Source of the DNA: Armatimonadota bacterium
GTDB lineage: Bacteria; Armatimonadota; Chthonomonadetes; Chthonomonadales; CAJBBX01
NCBI GenBank assembly: GCA_026392115.1
Contig: JAPLCQ010000035.1
Location: 2,914 to 66,913, forward strand
Reading direction: 5' to 3'
DNA length: 64,000 bases
Under the pieces are notes generated by a model. That model had not been told where the DNA came from, did not search any database, and worked only from the letters and a program-made list of their open reading frames with translations. Of the stretch, positions 43,070-51,865 are shown piece by piece (the stretch's first letter is position 1; every line of letters starts with the position of its first letter). The translations under genes were made by a program, and so were the position numbers.

Positions 43070-44800
43070 CTATCCTCCGCCGGCCTGCCAGGGCACCGTT
43101 GACAGTGTGCCGGCGGATCGCGCCGCCTCGGAGTTGTCGAAGGCGGCATCCCGTGCGGCACGCATCTGTAGAAAGAGCCCGGGCACCCGGTGCGGCGCCA
43201 TCGCGGGCTGGCTCATGGCCCTCTGCAGCGAGTCCCACCAGCCGTAGTCGTAGATATATGAAATATCGAAGATCATCACGCCGTTTGAGAAGCGGCATGC
43301 GGCCGAGATGGCGTCCTCGAAGGCCTTGGGACGATCTTTGTAGTTCACCGCGTAGAGCCCCGCATAGACCGGAACGCTCGCCGATACCGCACGGGTCGAG
43401 ACATCGGCGGCGGCCTCCACGGAGCCGCCCGGCGATGCGCCGGCAGCCCGGGCCTCGTCCCGTGTGGGATAGCCGTAGTAGCACCCGGTGGTGAGCCAGT
43501 CCAACTGCTCGGCGTAGCCTGCCTCGTTGTAGTCCGGCGTGGCCCACGAGGTGCGCACCGGCAGCTTCTCGCTCCCCCAGTTCACGCCCACGCCGTAGTA
43601 CTCCGTGAACCAGCTTCCCACGTAGGCGGCCACCTGGATGCCTGGCCGGGCGGCACGCACGGCGGCCGAGGCTTCGGCGATCAGGTCGCGGATCGTTCGC
43701 GCCCGGAACTCCAGCCAGGGCCTGAAGAGCGGCCCGCGCCGCGGCGGCTCGCCGGGCACGGGGTCGAAGGAGATGATGTCGTCCGGGAAGTTGGCCACCC
43801 GCTTGCCGATCCACTGCTCAAATGCGCGGCGGGCGGCGTCGCTGGTGTCGTTGTAGAGGTTGGCGTACCGTAGCCGGTCGAATACGATGGCGTCCACGGC
43901 GTAGTTGGAGGCGATCTCACGAACGATGTCGATGGCCCGCTTTCGGGCCTCAGCCTGGTAGGGGCTCACGAAGACGGCCACCTTCTCGGCGGGCTCGTCG
44001 GCCGACGGGACGCGCCTACCCCTGGCGTCGAACCGGGCGCTGACGCCGGGCTGGATATTGGCCGCGGCCCAGTCGGTCTGTTCGCCGGTGAGGGCCAGGA
44101 GCCGGCCGCCCTCGGGCGCGGCGATGGGCTCGTCGCCCCACATGGCGGCGTCCGCCATGGCCTCGACCTCGCCTGTGGGGGACATGGTGACGACCAGCGT
44201 GCCCGCGGGTTCGCCGGAAGGCGGCCCGGCGTAGGTGTCGTCGCGGGCAAGCGGGCGCTTCCGGTCTTCAGGGTCGCCCTGGCCGCGCACGGGCAGCCGG
44301 TTGCCGTTGGCGGTCACCAGCGCGCGGTCGACCACATAGGCGACGGATTGCAGGTCCGGTCGTCCGAAGGCCATGCCCGCGCCGAACTGCTTGTGGCCCT
44401 CGGAGAGCATGTTCACGCTGGCCGCGACCTCGATCCCCGCCGCGTGGCCGGCCTGCACGAACTCGGCGAGGATATCCAGGTCGGGAACATCGCGGCCGTT
44501 CCATCGGCGCATGCGCTCGGCGATCTTGCTGGGGTAGAGCACCTGGCCGCTGACCGGCTTCACATCCACAACCAGTGTGCTGATGTTGGCCGCCTTGCAT
44601 CGGGCCACGATGTCGCGGATGCCCTCGGCGGTGGCGGTTCGCACGAGGTTGGCGGTGCCGTCGACCCACATGACACGGCCTTGCAGCCCGGACTGGATGG
44701 TAAGGACGCGCCCGAAGACGGGCATGCCGTTCTGAGCCATGCATGGGCCGGCAGCCGCAAGGAGCGCCAGCAATAGATAGCGGGCAACGGCTCGCGTCAC
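43070..44800 (-). CDS. Secreted glycoside hydrolase-like family 10 (GHL10/DUF187, YngK-like) protein
   Basis: GTG 44800 overlaps the rfbD stop (GTGA). It has a signal peptide (VTRAVARYLLLALLAAAGPCMA) and TIM-barrel-like blocks (TLVVDVKP, GIEVAASVNM). The upstream part of the track ORF was rejected. Confidence 0.75.
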   Translation of the reverse strand: MTRAVARYLLLALLAAAGPCMAQNGMPVFGRVLTIQSGLQGRVMWVDGTANLVRTATAEGIRDIVARCKAANISTLVVDVKPVSGQVLYPSKIAERMRRWNGRDVPDLDILAEFVQAGHAAGIEVAASVNMLSEGHKQFGAGMAFGRPDLQSVAYVVDRALVTANGNRLPVRGQGDPEDRKRPLARDDTYAGPPSGEPAGTLVVTMSPTGEVEAMADAAMWGDEPIAAPEGGRLLALTGEQTDWAAANIQPGVSARFDARGRRVPSADEPAEKVAVFVSPYQAEARKRAIDIVREIASNYAVDAIVFDRLRYANLYNDTSDAARRAFEQWIGKRVANFPDDIISFDPVPGEPPRRGPLFRPWLEFRARTIRDLIAEASAAVRAARPGIQVAAYVGSWFTEYYGVGVNWGSEKLPVRTSWATPDYNEAGYAEQLDWLTTGCYYGYPTRDEARAAGASPGGSVEAAADVSTRAVSASVPVYAGLYAVNYKDRPKAFEDAISAACRFSNGVMIFDISYIYDYGWWDSLQRAMSQPAMAPHRVPGLFLQMRAARDAAFDNSEAARSAGTLSTVPWQAGGG

Positions 44801-45672
44801 TGAGCGCCTCCGTCCAGGGCCTGCCTCTGGCGCACGTAGTCGCGCACCGCCTCTTCCCAGGGCCGAAGCGTCGGCAGGCCCGCGGCCCGCAGTGCGCAGG
44901 GCTCGAGGACGGATCGGCGCGGCCTCCGGGCTGGTGTGGGCCACTGGACCGTGGCGATGGGATGTACGCGGGCAGGCAGGCCGGCCTCGGTCAGGACGCA
45001 GCCGGCGAACTCGTACCAGGACGTGGCGCCGGCGTTGGTGGCGTGGTAGGTGCCGTAGGGCGCATCGTCCACGATCTGCAGCAGCGTATCGGCCAGGTCC
45101 TGCGTGAACGTGGGGCATCCGAACTGGTCGGCCACGACGCGGAGCGGCTTGCCTTGTGCCGCGGCGTTCAGCATGACAGCCGGGAAGCATCGACCCTGGA
45201 GACCGTAGAGCCACGCGGTCCGCACCACCCAGTGGCGCGGGTTGGCTTGCCGGATGGCGTTCTCGCCGGCCAGCTTGGTCGCGCCATACGCGCTGAGCGG
45301 GTCCGTGGCGTCCCATTCACCGTAGGGGCGGGCGGACTCGCCGTCGAAGACGTAGTCGGTGCTGATGCCGCAGACGGGCACTTCCGCTTCCGCGCAGGCC
45401 GTGGCCACGACCCAGGACCCGACCGCGTTGGCTCGGTAAGCCAGGTCGTACTCCTTTTCGGCATCATCGACGCGCGTGTAGGCGGCGCAGTGGATGACGG
45501 CGTCGGGCCGATGCCGCCGCACGGCGGCCCGCACGGCAGCGAGGTCCGCGATGTCGATGGGCTCTGCGGCGTCCGCGGCGTCGAGACCCACGACCTGCCG
45601 GCCTTGCGCCGAGGCCCGTGCGAGCACATCGCGGCCCAGCATTCCCATATGGCCGGTCACCAGTAGCTTCAT
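44797..45672 (-). CDS. rfbD: dTDP-4-dehydrorhamnose reductase
   Basis: Contains MKLLVTGHMGMLG, VIHCAAYTRVD, STDYVFDG and YGATKLAGE. Confidence 0.85.
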   Translation of the reverse strand: MKLLVTGHMGMLGRDVLARASAQGRQVVGLDAADAAEPIDIADLAAVRAAVRRHRPDAVIHCAAYTRVDDAEKEYDLAYRANAVGSWVVATACAEAEVPVCGISTDYVFDGESARPYGEWDATDPLSAYGATKLAGENAIRQANPRHWVVRTAWLYGLQGRCFPAVMLNAAAQGKPLRVVADQFGCPTFTQDLADTLLQIVDDAPYGTYHATNAGATSWYEFAGCVLTEAGLPARVHPIATVQWPTPARRPRRSVLEPCALRAAGLPTLRPWEEAVRDYVRQRQALDGGAQ

Positions 45673-45680
45673 TCTGCCCC

Positions 45681-46574
45681 TCACCAACGGAACGCGGCGA
45701 CGACCGCCAGCAGCCAGAGGCCCAGGTCGGCTTGCATGGTGCGGTCCTGCGCCAGAATCTTCTCTGGAGTTCCGCCGCGATGCTCGATGTGGATCAGGTA
45801 GAGGTACCGGAACACCCCGAACATGACGAACGGCAGCGACAGCGCCAGCAGGGGATGCCTGATGGCAGTGGGGGAGTTGATGCAGTAGACGGCGTACGAA
45901 ACCGTCAGCCCTCCCAGCGTCACGGCGATGATCTGGTCCAGCAGCGGCAGGCTGTAGGAGGACAGGGCCTGCCGATGGTCGGCCGCATCGCCCTCCAGAG
46001 CCACCAACTCATGGCGCCGCTTGCCGAAAGCCAGGAAGAGCGCCAACTGCAGCGTACAGACCAGCAGCCACGCCGAGACCGGTACCTGAAGGGCCCATCC
46101 GCCAGCCGCCGCCCGGATCACGAACCCGGCGGCAATGGCGAATGCATCCACCAGAACCACGTGCTTCAGCGCGTAGGTGTAGGCCACCTGCAGCAGGAGA
46201 TAGCCCACGACGCCCATGCCGAACATGGTCGAGACCCCGAAGGAGGCGGCCGCGCCGCCGATCCCTAGTAGGGCTGCCGCAACCGCGGCCGCCGACACGG
46301 GGAGCCTGCCCGACGCGATGGGCCGGTTTTGCTTCTCAGGGTGGACACGGTCCTGCTCGCGGTCGGAGATGTCGTTCAGCAAGTAGACCGCGCCGGAGAC
46401 CAGGCAGAAGAGGCCGAAGCATAGGGTCACCAGCAGCCAGCTTCGCCAGTTGTCGGTGAAGACCATTGCGGCGTAGACGAAGAGGTTCTTCGACCACTGG
46501 CGGGGTCGCATGGCCTCGACAACCAACAGGGGCAGGCAGTTGCAGCCGGACCGCGCGGCGGGAGCGACAGGCAC
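45681..46574 (-). CDS. Decaprenyl-phosphate phosphoribosyltransferase homolog (UbiA superfamily)
   Basis: Contains RPRQWSKN, AVYLLNDISDREQDRVHPEKQNRPIASG, ALKH....IRAAAGG and GKRRHEL, which closely parallel my recollection of M. tuberculosis Rv3806c. The start is uncertain: GTG 46574, TTG 46526 or ATG 46511. Confidence 0.75.
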   Translation of the reverse strand: MPVAPAARSGCNCLPLLVVEAMRPRQWSKNLFVYAAMVFTDNWRSWLLVTLCFGLFCLVSGAVYLLNDISDREQDRVHPEKQNRPIASGRLPVSAAAVAAALLGIGGAAASFGVSTMFGMGVVGYLLLQVAYTYALKHVVLVDAFAIAAGFVIRAAAGGWALQVPVSAWLLVCTLQLALFLAFGKRRHELVALEGDAADHRQALSSYSLPLLDQIIAVTLGGLTVSYAVYCINSPTAIRHPLLALSLPFVMFGVFRYLYLIHIEHRGGTPEKILAQDRTMQADLGLWLLAVVAAFRW

Positions 46575-46579
46575 GGATG

Positions 46580-47101
46580 CTATCCGGCGCTCGAGGCGGC
46601 GTAGCTCTGGAGGACGCGCTCGATGACGTTCGTTGTGCTGCGCTGGGCGATGAGGCTGGCGATGTAGACGCAGCCGCCATGCTTCTCCACGGTGGCGGCC
46701 TCGGGTATCGTCTGGCCCTGCCTGTCGCCGCCCTTCACGTAGACGTCGGGCCGCACGACCTCGGCCAGCGCAATCGCGGTGGCCTCGTCGAAGATGCTCA
46801 CCAGGTCGACGGCCTCCAGGTGTGCCAGCATGTCCGCACGCTCGCACTCGGGGATGAGAGGCCGCTGCGGGCCCTTGAGCGCCGCCACGGAGGCGTCGCT
46901 GTTGAGGCCCACCACGAGCAGGTCGCCCTGCGCCCTGGCCTCGGCCAGATAGCGGGCGTGACCCACATGGAGGATATCGAAGCAGCCGTTCGTCATCACG
47001 ACGCGCTTACCCGCAGTGCGCGCCAGGGACAGCCGCTCTGCCAGCTCAGTACGGCTCACCACCTTCGTGTGCGCGCCGGCGCCGGTGGGTTCGTATGTCA
47101 T
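46580..47101 (-). CDS. Cytidylyl/adenylyltransferase, RfaE domain II-like (D-glycero-beta-D-manno-heptose-1-phosphate adenylyltransferase)
   Basis: Contains NGCFDILHVGHARYL and VVGLNSD.S. The ATG overlaps the galE TGA, with GGAGG 5 nt upstream. Confidence 0.8.
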   Translation of the reverse strand: MTYEPTGAGAHTKVVSRTELAERLSLARTAGKRVVMTNGCFDILHVGHARYLAEARAQGDLLVVGLNSDASVAALKGPQRPLIPECERADMLAHLEAVDLVSIFDEATAIALAEVVRPDVYVKGGDRQGQTIPEAATVEKHGGCVYIASLIAQRSTTNVIERVLQSYAASSAG

Positions 47102-48072
47102 CAGTACCTCCGGTTCCGTTCCCACGCCCAGGCCGTCTGCACGATGTCCTGCAGCGATTCGTACTGCGGCGCCCAGCCCAACGTCTCGCGCGCCCGGTCC
47201 GACGATGCCACCAGCGCGGGGGGGTCGCCGGGGCGGCGGCCCTCCACCACGGCGGGGATCGGGTGGCCCGTCACGCGGCGGCAGACCTCAAGCACCTCCA
47301 GCACGCTGTTGCCGCGGGCGGTCCCCAGGTTCATGATGCCGCCATCGCCGCCCTCCGCCAGGTGGTCCAGCGCTCGGGAGTGTGCGTCGGCCAGGTCGAG
47401 GATGTGGATGTAGTCACGAATGCAGGTGCCGTCGGGCGTGTCGTAATCGGCTCCGAAGACCGAGATCGCGGGCCGTTGGCCCAGCGCCACCTGCAGCACG
47501 ATGGGTACGAGGTGCCACTCAGGCGAATGGCTCTCGCCGATCAGCGCGTCGGGATGCGCCCCGGCGGCGTTGAAGTACCGCAGCGCCACATACGAGATGC
47601 CGTGCGCCTCGCGGAAGTCCTGCAGCACGGTCTCGCACATCACCTTGCTGCGCCCGTAGGGGTTGATGGGCTGTCGCGGGTGCTCCTCGTCCAGCGGGAG
47701 GCGCACCGGGTTCCCGTAGGTTGCCGCGGTCGATGAGAAGACGATGCGACGCACGTCGTGGTCGCGCATGGCCTCCAGGAGTGTGATGGTGTTGCCGACG
47801 TTGTTGCGATAGTAGGCGCCCGGGTTCGTCACCGATTCGCCCACCGACGAGTATGCGGCGAAGTGCACGACAGCGTCGATGCGGTTCTGGCTGAATACGG
47901 CGTCGAGCAGCGCCCGGTCGCCCGTGCTGCCCACCACCAGAGGCGCATCCAGGACTGCCTCGCGATGCCCCTTCTCAAGCGTGTCGAGCACCAGGACGTC
48001 CGAACCCCGCCCGCGCTCGTGCCGGACGAAGTGGCTGCCGATGTAGCCGGCCCCACCCACCACCAGAATCAC
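47101..48072 (-). CDS. galE: UDP-glucose 4-epimerase
   Basis: GTG 48072 (AAGGAG 8 nt upstream) overlaps the rsmI stop (GTGA). Contains VVGGAGYIGSH, SSTAATYG and PYGRSK. Confidence 0.85.
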   Translation of the reverse strand: MILVVGGAGYIGSHFVRHERGRGSDVLVLDTLEKGHREAVLDAPLVVGSTGDRALLDAVFSQNRIDAVVHFAAYSSVGESVTNPGAYYRNNVGNTITLLEAMRDHDVRRIVFSSTAATYGNPVRLPLDEEHPRQPINPYGRSKVMCETVLQDFREAHGISYVALRYFNAAGAHPDALIGESHSPEWHLVPIVLQVALGQRPAISVFGADYDTPDGTCIRDYIHILDLADAHSRALDHLAEGGDGGIMNLGTARGNSVLEVLEVCRRVTGHPIPAVVEGRRPGDPPALVASSDRARETLGWAPQYESLQDIVQTAWAWERNRRY

Positions 48073-48929
48073 GCCTCGTTCTCCTTGCACTGTGGCCCAT
48101 CGTCCTTAACAATGCTCCCGTAGAGCGTCCTTCGCGACAGTTGCCTTCGTTGGGCCACGCTCCGCGAGGCGTCGCGCACCGAGACGCCGTCGGCAACCAG
48201 ACGCCGGACCTCTTCCTGCGCCGAAGCCTGCTCCTCTGCTCGGTCGATCGGAACCGCCGCGGGCGGGCCGACCACAACGGTGAATTCGCCGCGTTGCGGC
48301 GCCTCCGCGAAGTGGTCGGCGGCCTCGACCGCACCGCACCGGAGCCATGTCTCGAACTTCTTGGTGATCTCTCGACCGACGCACACGGCGCGGTCGCCGG
48401 CCGCTGCGTGCAGCTCGGACAGCGTGGCGGCGATGCGGGGCGCCGTCTCATAGATCACCACCGTGCAGGTGGCGCGGGCGATCTCCGCCATGAAGGCGAC
48501 GCGGTCCGTCTTTGTGCGTGGCGGGAAGCCCAGGAACAGGAAACGGCCTGTGGGCAACCCGGCGACCGACAGCGCCGCCAGCGAGGCGGACGCGCCGGGC
48601 ACAGGGCAAACATCCACACCGGCTTCCAGCGCCTTGCGAACCAGCGGCACCCCTGGGTCCGATATGCCCGGCGTACCGGCATCGCAGACCAGGGCCACAT
48701 CGGCGCCGGCGACCAGCCTGCTCACGATCTTGTCCAGTCCGGCATCCGCGCTGTGCTGATGGGCGCTCGACATCGGCACGTGGATATCGAAATGGCTCAG
48801 TAGTTTGCGGGTCACCCGCGTGTCCTCGGCGCAGACCATTGCCACGCTTCGTAGAATCCGCACGGCCCTGAGCGTGATGTCCTCAAGGTTCCCAATGGGC
48901 GTCGCGACGACGTAGAGGGTGCCTGCCAT
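48069..48929 (-). CDS. rsmI: 16S rRNA (cytidine1402-2'-O)-methyltransferase
   Basis: MAGTLYVVATPIGNLEDITLRAVRIL...CAEDTR. ATG 48929 has GGAG 4 nt upstream. It lies in the same reading frame as the upstream PPIase ORF, with no intervening stop. Confidence 0.8.
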   Translation of the reverse strand: MAGTLYVVATPIGNLEDITLRAVRILRSVAMVCAEDTRVTRKLLSHFDIHVPMSSAHQHSADAGLDKIVSRLVAGADVALVCDAGTPGISDPGVPLVRKALEAGVDVCPVPGASASLAALSVAGLPTGRFLFLGFPPRTKTDRVAFMAEIARATCTVVIYETAPRIAATLSELHAAAGDRAVCVGREITKKFETWLRCGAVEAADHFAEAPQRGEFTVVVGPPAAVPIDRAEEQASAQEEVRRLVADGVSVRDASRSVAQRRQLSRRTLYGSIVKDDGPQCKENEA

Positions 48930-50756
48930 GGCGCTCCAATGGCCGGGCGGCATCCCTGCTGCGCCCGGCCATTGTCGTTGTCTTAGGGCTTCGCCGTTGG
49001 GAGCCGCGTCCTTGGCTGGTGTCGGGGCGGAGGTTGCGCCCGGTGCAACGGTGGCCGACGGCTTCTTGGCATCCTTGGCCGCGGCGGCCTTCGCGGCGGC
49101 TTCCTTGGCGGCAGCCTCCTTGTCGGCTTTCTCCTTGGCTTCCAGCGCTGTGATCTTGGTGGCCTGCTCCGCGGCCAGATCGACGGCGCCCAGCCGCGCA
49201 AAGGCATCCTTCAGCTGCTGGCGCGTGGGCTTGGCGGCTGCCGAATCGTCCCACTGCATGAGCCTGTCAACCATCTTGTAGTGGGTGAGGGCCTTCTCCT
49301 TGTCGCCGGAGTCCTCATAGAGGCGCGCGAGGCTCAGGCGGGTGGGCTGGTCCTCGGTATGCTGCAGGGCCAGTTCGTAGGCCTCCGTCACCTGCTTGCG
49401 CAGCTCCTCGCGGTTAGCCGGCGGCTTGGCCTGGGTGGCGCCCATGTTGAGGCCCGACATGATGTACTGCTGATAGAGCGTCCGGCCCATGATCAGCGCC
49501 GCGGCGGAGTCATCCTTGTGCGTCGCCGTGTACTTGCGGAGCATGGCCACGAGGGCCTTGCCGGAGGCTTCCTGATCCTGGCCGAAGTTCATCTGGCCCA
49601 TCATGCCCATGGGGCTGCTCTTGGCGTACTGGTAGCGCCACTCGAACCACGGGTCCTTCCAGACGATCTTGGCGGTCTTCTGCTCTTTGTCGCGCTGCTC
49701 GCGCAGCGCCTCGCTCGTCTTTGTGTCGCGCAGGTCGTCCAGGAGCTTGCCCTTCTCCTTCTCGAAGTCCTTGGGCAGGTTCCTGCGGGTGGCGTCCACC
49801 TTGATGATGTGGTAACCAAAGGGCGTCTTGACCACGCCGCTGACCTGGCCGGGCTGGAGGGCGAATGCGGCCTCCTCGAAGGCTTTGTCGAAGCCGCTGC
49901 CGCGCTTGTACCAGTCCATGCTGCCGCCCTTGGGTGGCGCGGGCACGGACTTCTTCAGCTTCTCGTCCCACTTGGGGGCTTTGTTGCTCGGGTCGTCGGT
50001 GTACTGGTTCGCCAATGCCGCGAAGTCGCCGCCAGCGTTGACCTTGGCGAGTATCTGCGCGGCCTTGCGCTTGGCCTGCTCATCGGGCAGGCCCTTGCCT
50101 TCGGCCCGCGGGCTGGTGTTGGAGGCGACCAGGATGTGGCGGACATTGATCTCATCGTAGGTCTTGATGAGGTCATCGACGGTCAGTTTGTCGGTGTTGG
50201 CTCTCTTGGCGCCCAATGCCTGGGGCATCAGGTCGGTGCGCAGCTTGTCGCGCACGTCCCGGATGCTCGTCTCGCCCATGAGCTTCACCAGGTCGTCATC
50301 GGCGATGGGCTTCTTGCTGGAGCCGCCGTATTGGCTTCGCACCCGGTCGAGCGTCCGGTCGATCATGGCGTCGGTGACAGAGACGCCATCCTTCTTGGCC
50401 AATCCGCGCAGCATGGCGGCATCGAGCATGCTGGAGATCAGCTGGCCCTGTTGGCCGGCGATCATCTCATCGCTGCCCATGCCCGATCGGCGGATCATCT
50501 CGTCCTGCTTGCTGAAGTCGCCGCGCAGGACCTCTTCGCCGTTCACCGTGGCGATGACGTCGCTGCTGGTGGTGTCGGCGCCGCGGCCGGCGTTGGGGCC
50601 GACTTGCGAGGTGCCGAAGTACATGATGACGCCGAGGCCGAACACGAACGCCAGGAACAGATAGATGACGCGGTGTGTGGCGAACTTCCGCCAGTAGGTG
50701 ATCGAGCCGATATGATGCTTGCTTGAGGCCCGTCGAGCGGGTGGCTTGTTGGCCAT
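48930..50756 (-). CDS. Membrane-anchored PpiD/SurA-like parvulin peptidyl-prolyl isomerase; the ORF has no stop of its own and continues in frame into rsmI
   Basis: ATG 50756 lies 7 nt after the upstream stop. Has a TM anchor (VIYLFLAFVFGLGVIMYFG), a parvulin core (INVRHILV ... FGYHIIKV), helical repeats, and an Ala/Lys/Pro-rich tail. Confidence 0.65.
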
Positions 50757-50763
50757 GTGTGAG

Positions 50764-51618
50764 CTATACCCCCAGGAGCGTTCGCAGGGCTTGCAGGCAC
50801 GGCCTCGAGCCGTCCTCCGGTGTTCCGCCCTTCGGTACGTAGTGAGTCTCGAGCGACAGGTAACCGTTGTATCCGTCATTTCGCAGGGCGGCGATGTGCG
50901 CATCGTAGCCGATGATGCCCTGGCCGACGACGCACCACTCAGGTGAGACCCCGTCCGCTGCCGGCGTCAGGTCTTTCACGTGTACATGATCGATGAGGCC
51001 GCGCGCGGCCTCGTAGCCGTCCGGGAACGCCCTCTCGCCCGCAGTCGCGGCGTTGCCGGGATCCCAGCAGACGCGGACGTGCGGCGAATCGATGGCCCGG
51101 ACGACGCGGGCAACCTCGACACCCGTGCCGATCATGCAGGCGAACTCGTTCTCCAGCAACAGCGTGACGCCCTCCCGCTCGGCGATGGCGGCGGGTTCCG
51201 AGAAGGCGTCCACGATGCGCCGTTCCAAGTCCGCCGTAAGCGCGGCCTTGCGCCAGAACGCGAAGACGCGTATGTAGGGCGTCTCGAAGTCGTGGGCCAG
51301 GCCGCAGCATCGCCGGAGCAACTCCATCTGCCCCGCCAACGGAGTGGACGAGGCAAGATGCATACGGCCGTGTACGGTGGTGTCGTCCGTCTCGATATCG
51401 CACTTGTAGATGGGAGTCGCGAGGCAGGCGACGGTCATCTCCCGCGCGGCCAGCGCGGCCTTCGCGCGGGCGGTCTGGGTGCGGTCTAGGTCGCCGATGT
51501 TGGCGCCCCAGAGGCCCCGCAACTCGGCGCCGCGGACGTCGTACTCCAGCAAGACGTCGAGGGCGTGCTCGAACTCCTGCGAGATCTCGTCGGTGATCGC
51601 CGCCAGCTTTATGCCCAA
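50764..51618 (-). CDS. Sugar phosphate isomerase/epimerase (xylose isomerase-like TIM barrel)
   Basis: Contains KLAAITDEIS, LENEF and HVHVKD. TTG start with GGAGGGG upstream. Confidence 0.8.
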   Translation of the reverse strand: MGIKLAAITDEISQEFEHALDVLLEYDVRGAELRGLWGANIGDLDRTQTARAKAALAAREMTVACLATPIYKCDIETDDTTVHGRMHLASSTPLAGQMELLRRCCGLAHDFETPYIRVFAFWRKAALTADLERRIVDAFSEPAAIAEREGVTLLLENEFACMIGTGVEVARVVRAIDSPHVRVCWDPGNAATAGERAFPDGYEAARGLIDHVHVKDLTPAADGVSPEWCVVGQGIIGYDAHIAALRNDGYNGYLSLETHYVPKGGTPEDGSRPCLQALRTLLGV

Positions 51619-51700
51619 AACACCCCTCCGGGTCGGTGGGATCGCGCGCCGTGCGCCGGGCGCACAGAAACGCAGAACTCAGTGAGAGCCCTATCGGCGT

Positions 51701-51730
51701 ATGGTACCGCACCGCCGGAAGACCTGTCAA
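51701..51730 (-). promoter_or_regulatory. Candidate promoter of the long minus-strand gene train
   Basis: TTGACA (51730-51725), an 18-nt spacer, then TACCAT (51706-51701). Confidence 0.45.
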
Positions 51731-51810
51731 ACCCGGCAGCGATCCGGACAGCCTCGGAACAGGGTGTATGCATGTCGGTCATTTTGCCTCGAATCGCCTC
51801 CGGGCCGCTC

Positions 51811-51843
51811 TTGACAGTAGACGCCTGTAAGTGTACACTTACA
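51811..51843 (+). promoter_or_regulatory. lexA promoter with overlapping palindromic operator
   Basis: TTGACA (51811-51816), a 17-nt spacer, then TACACT (51834-51839). A perfect 18-bp palindrome TGTAAGTGTACACTTACA (51826-51843) covers the -10 element. Confidence 0.65.
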
Positions 51844-51865
51844 CCGCCACTGGAGGTGGGCGTCT

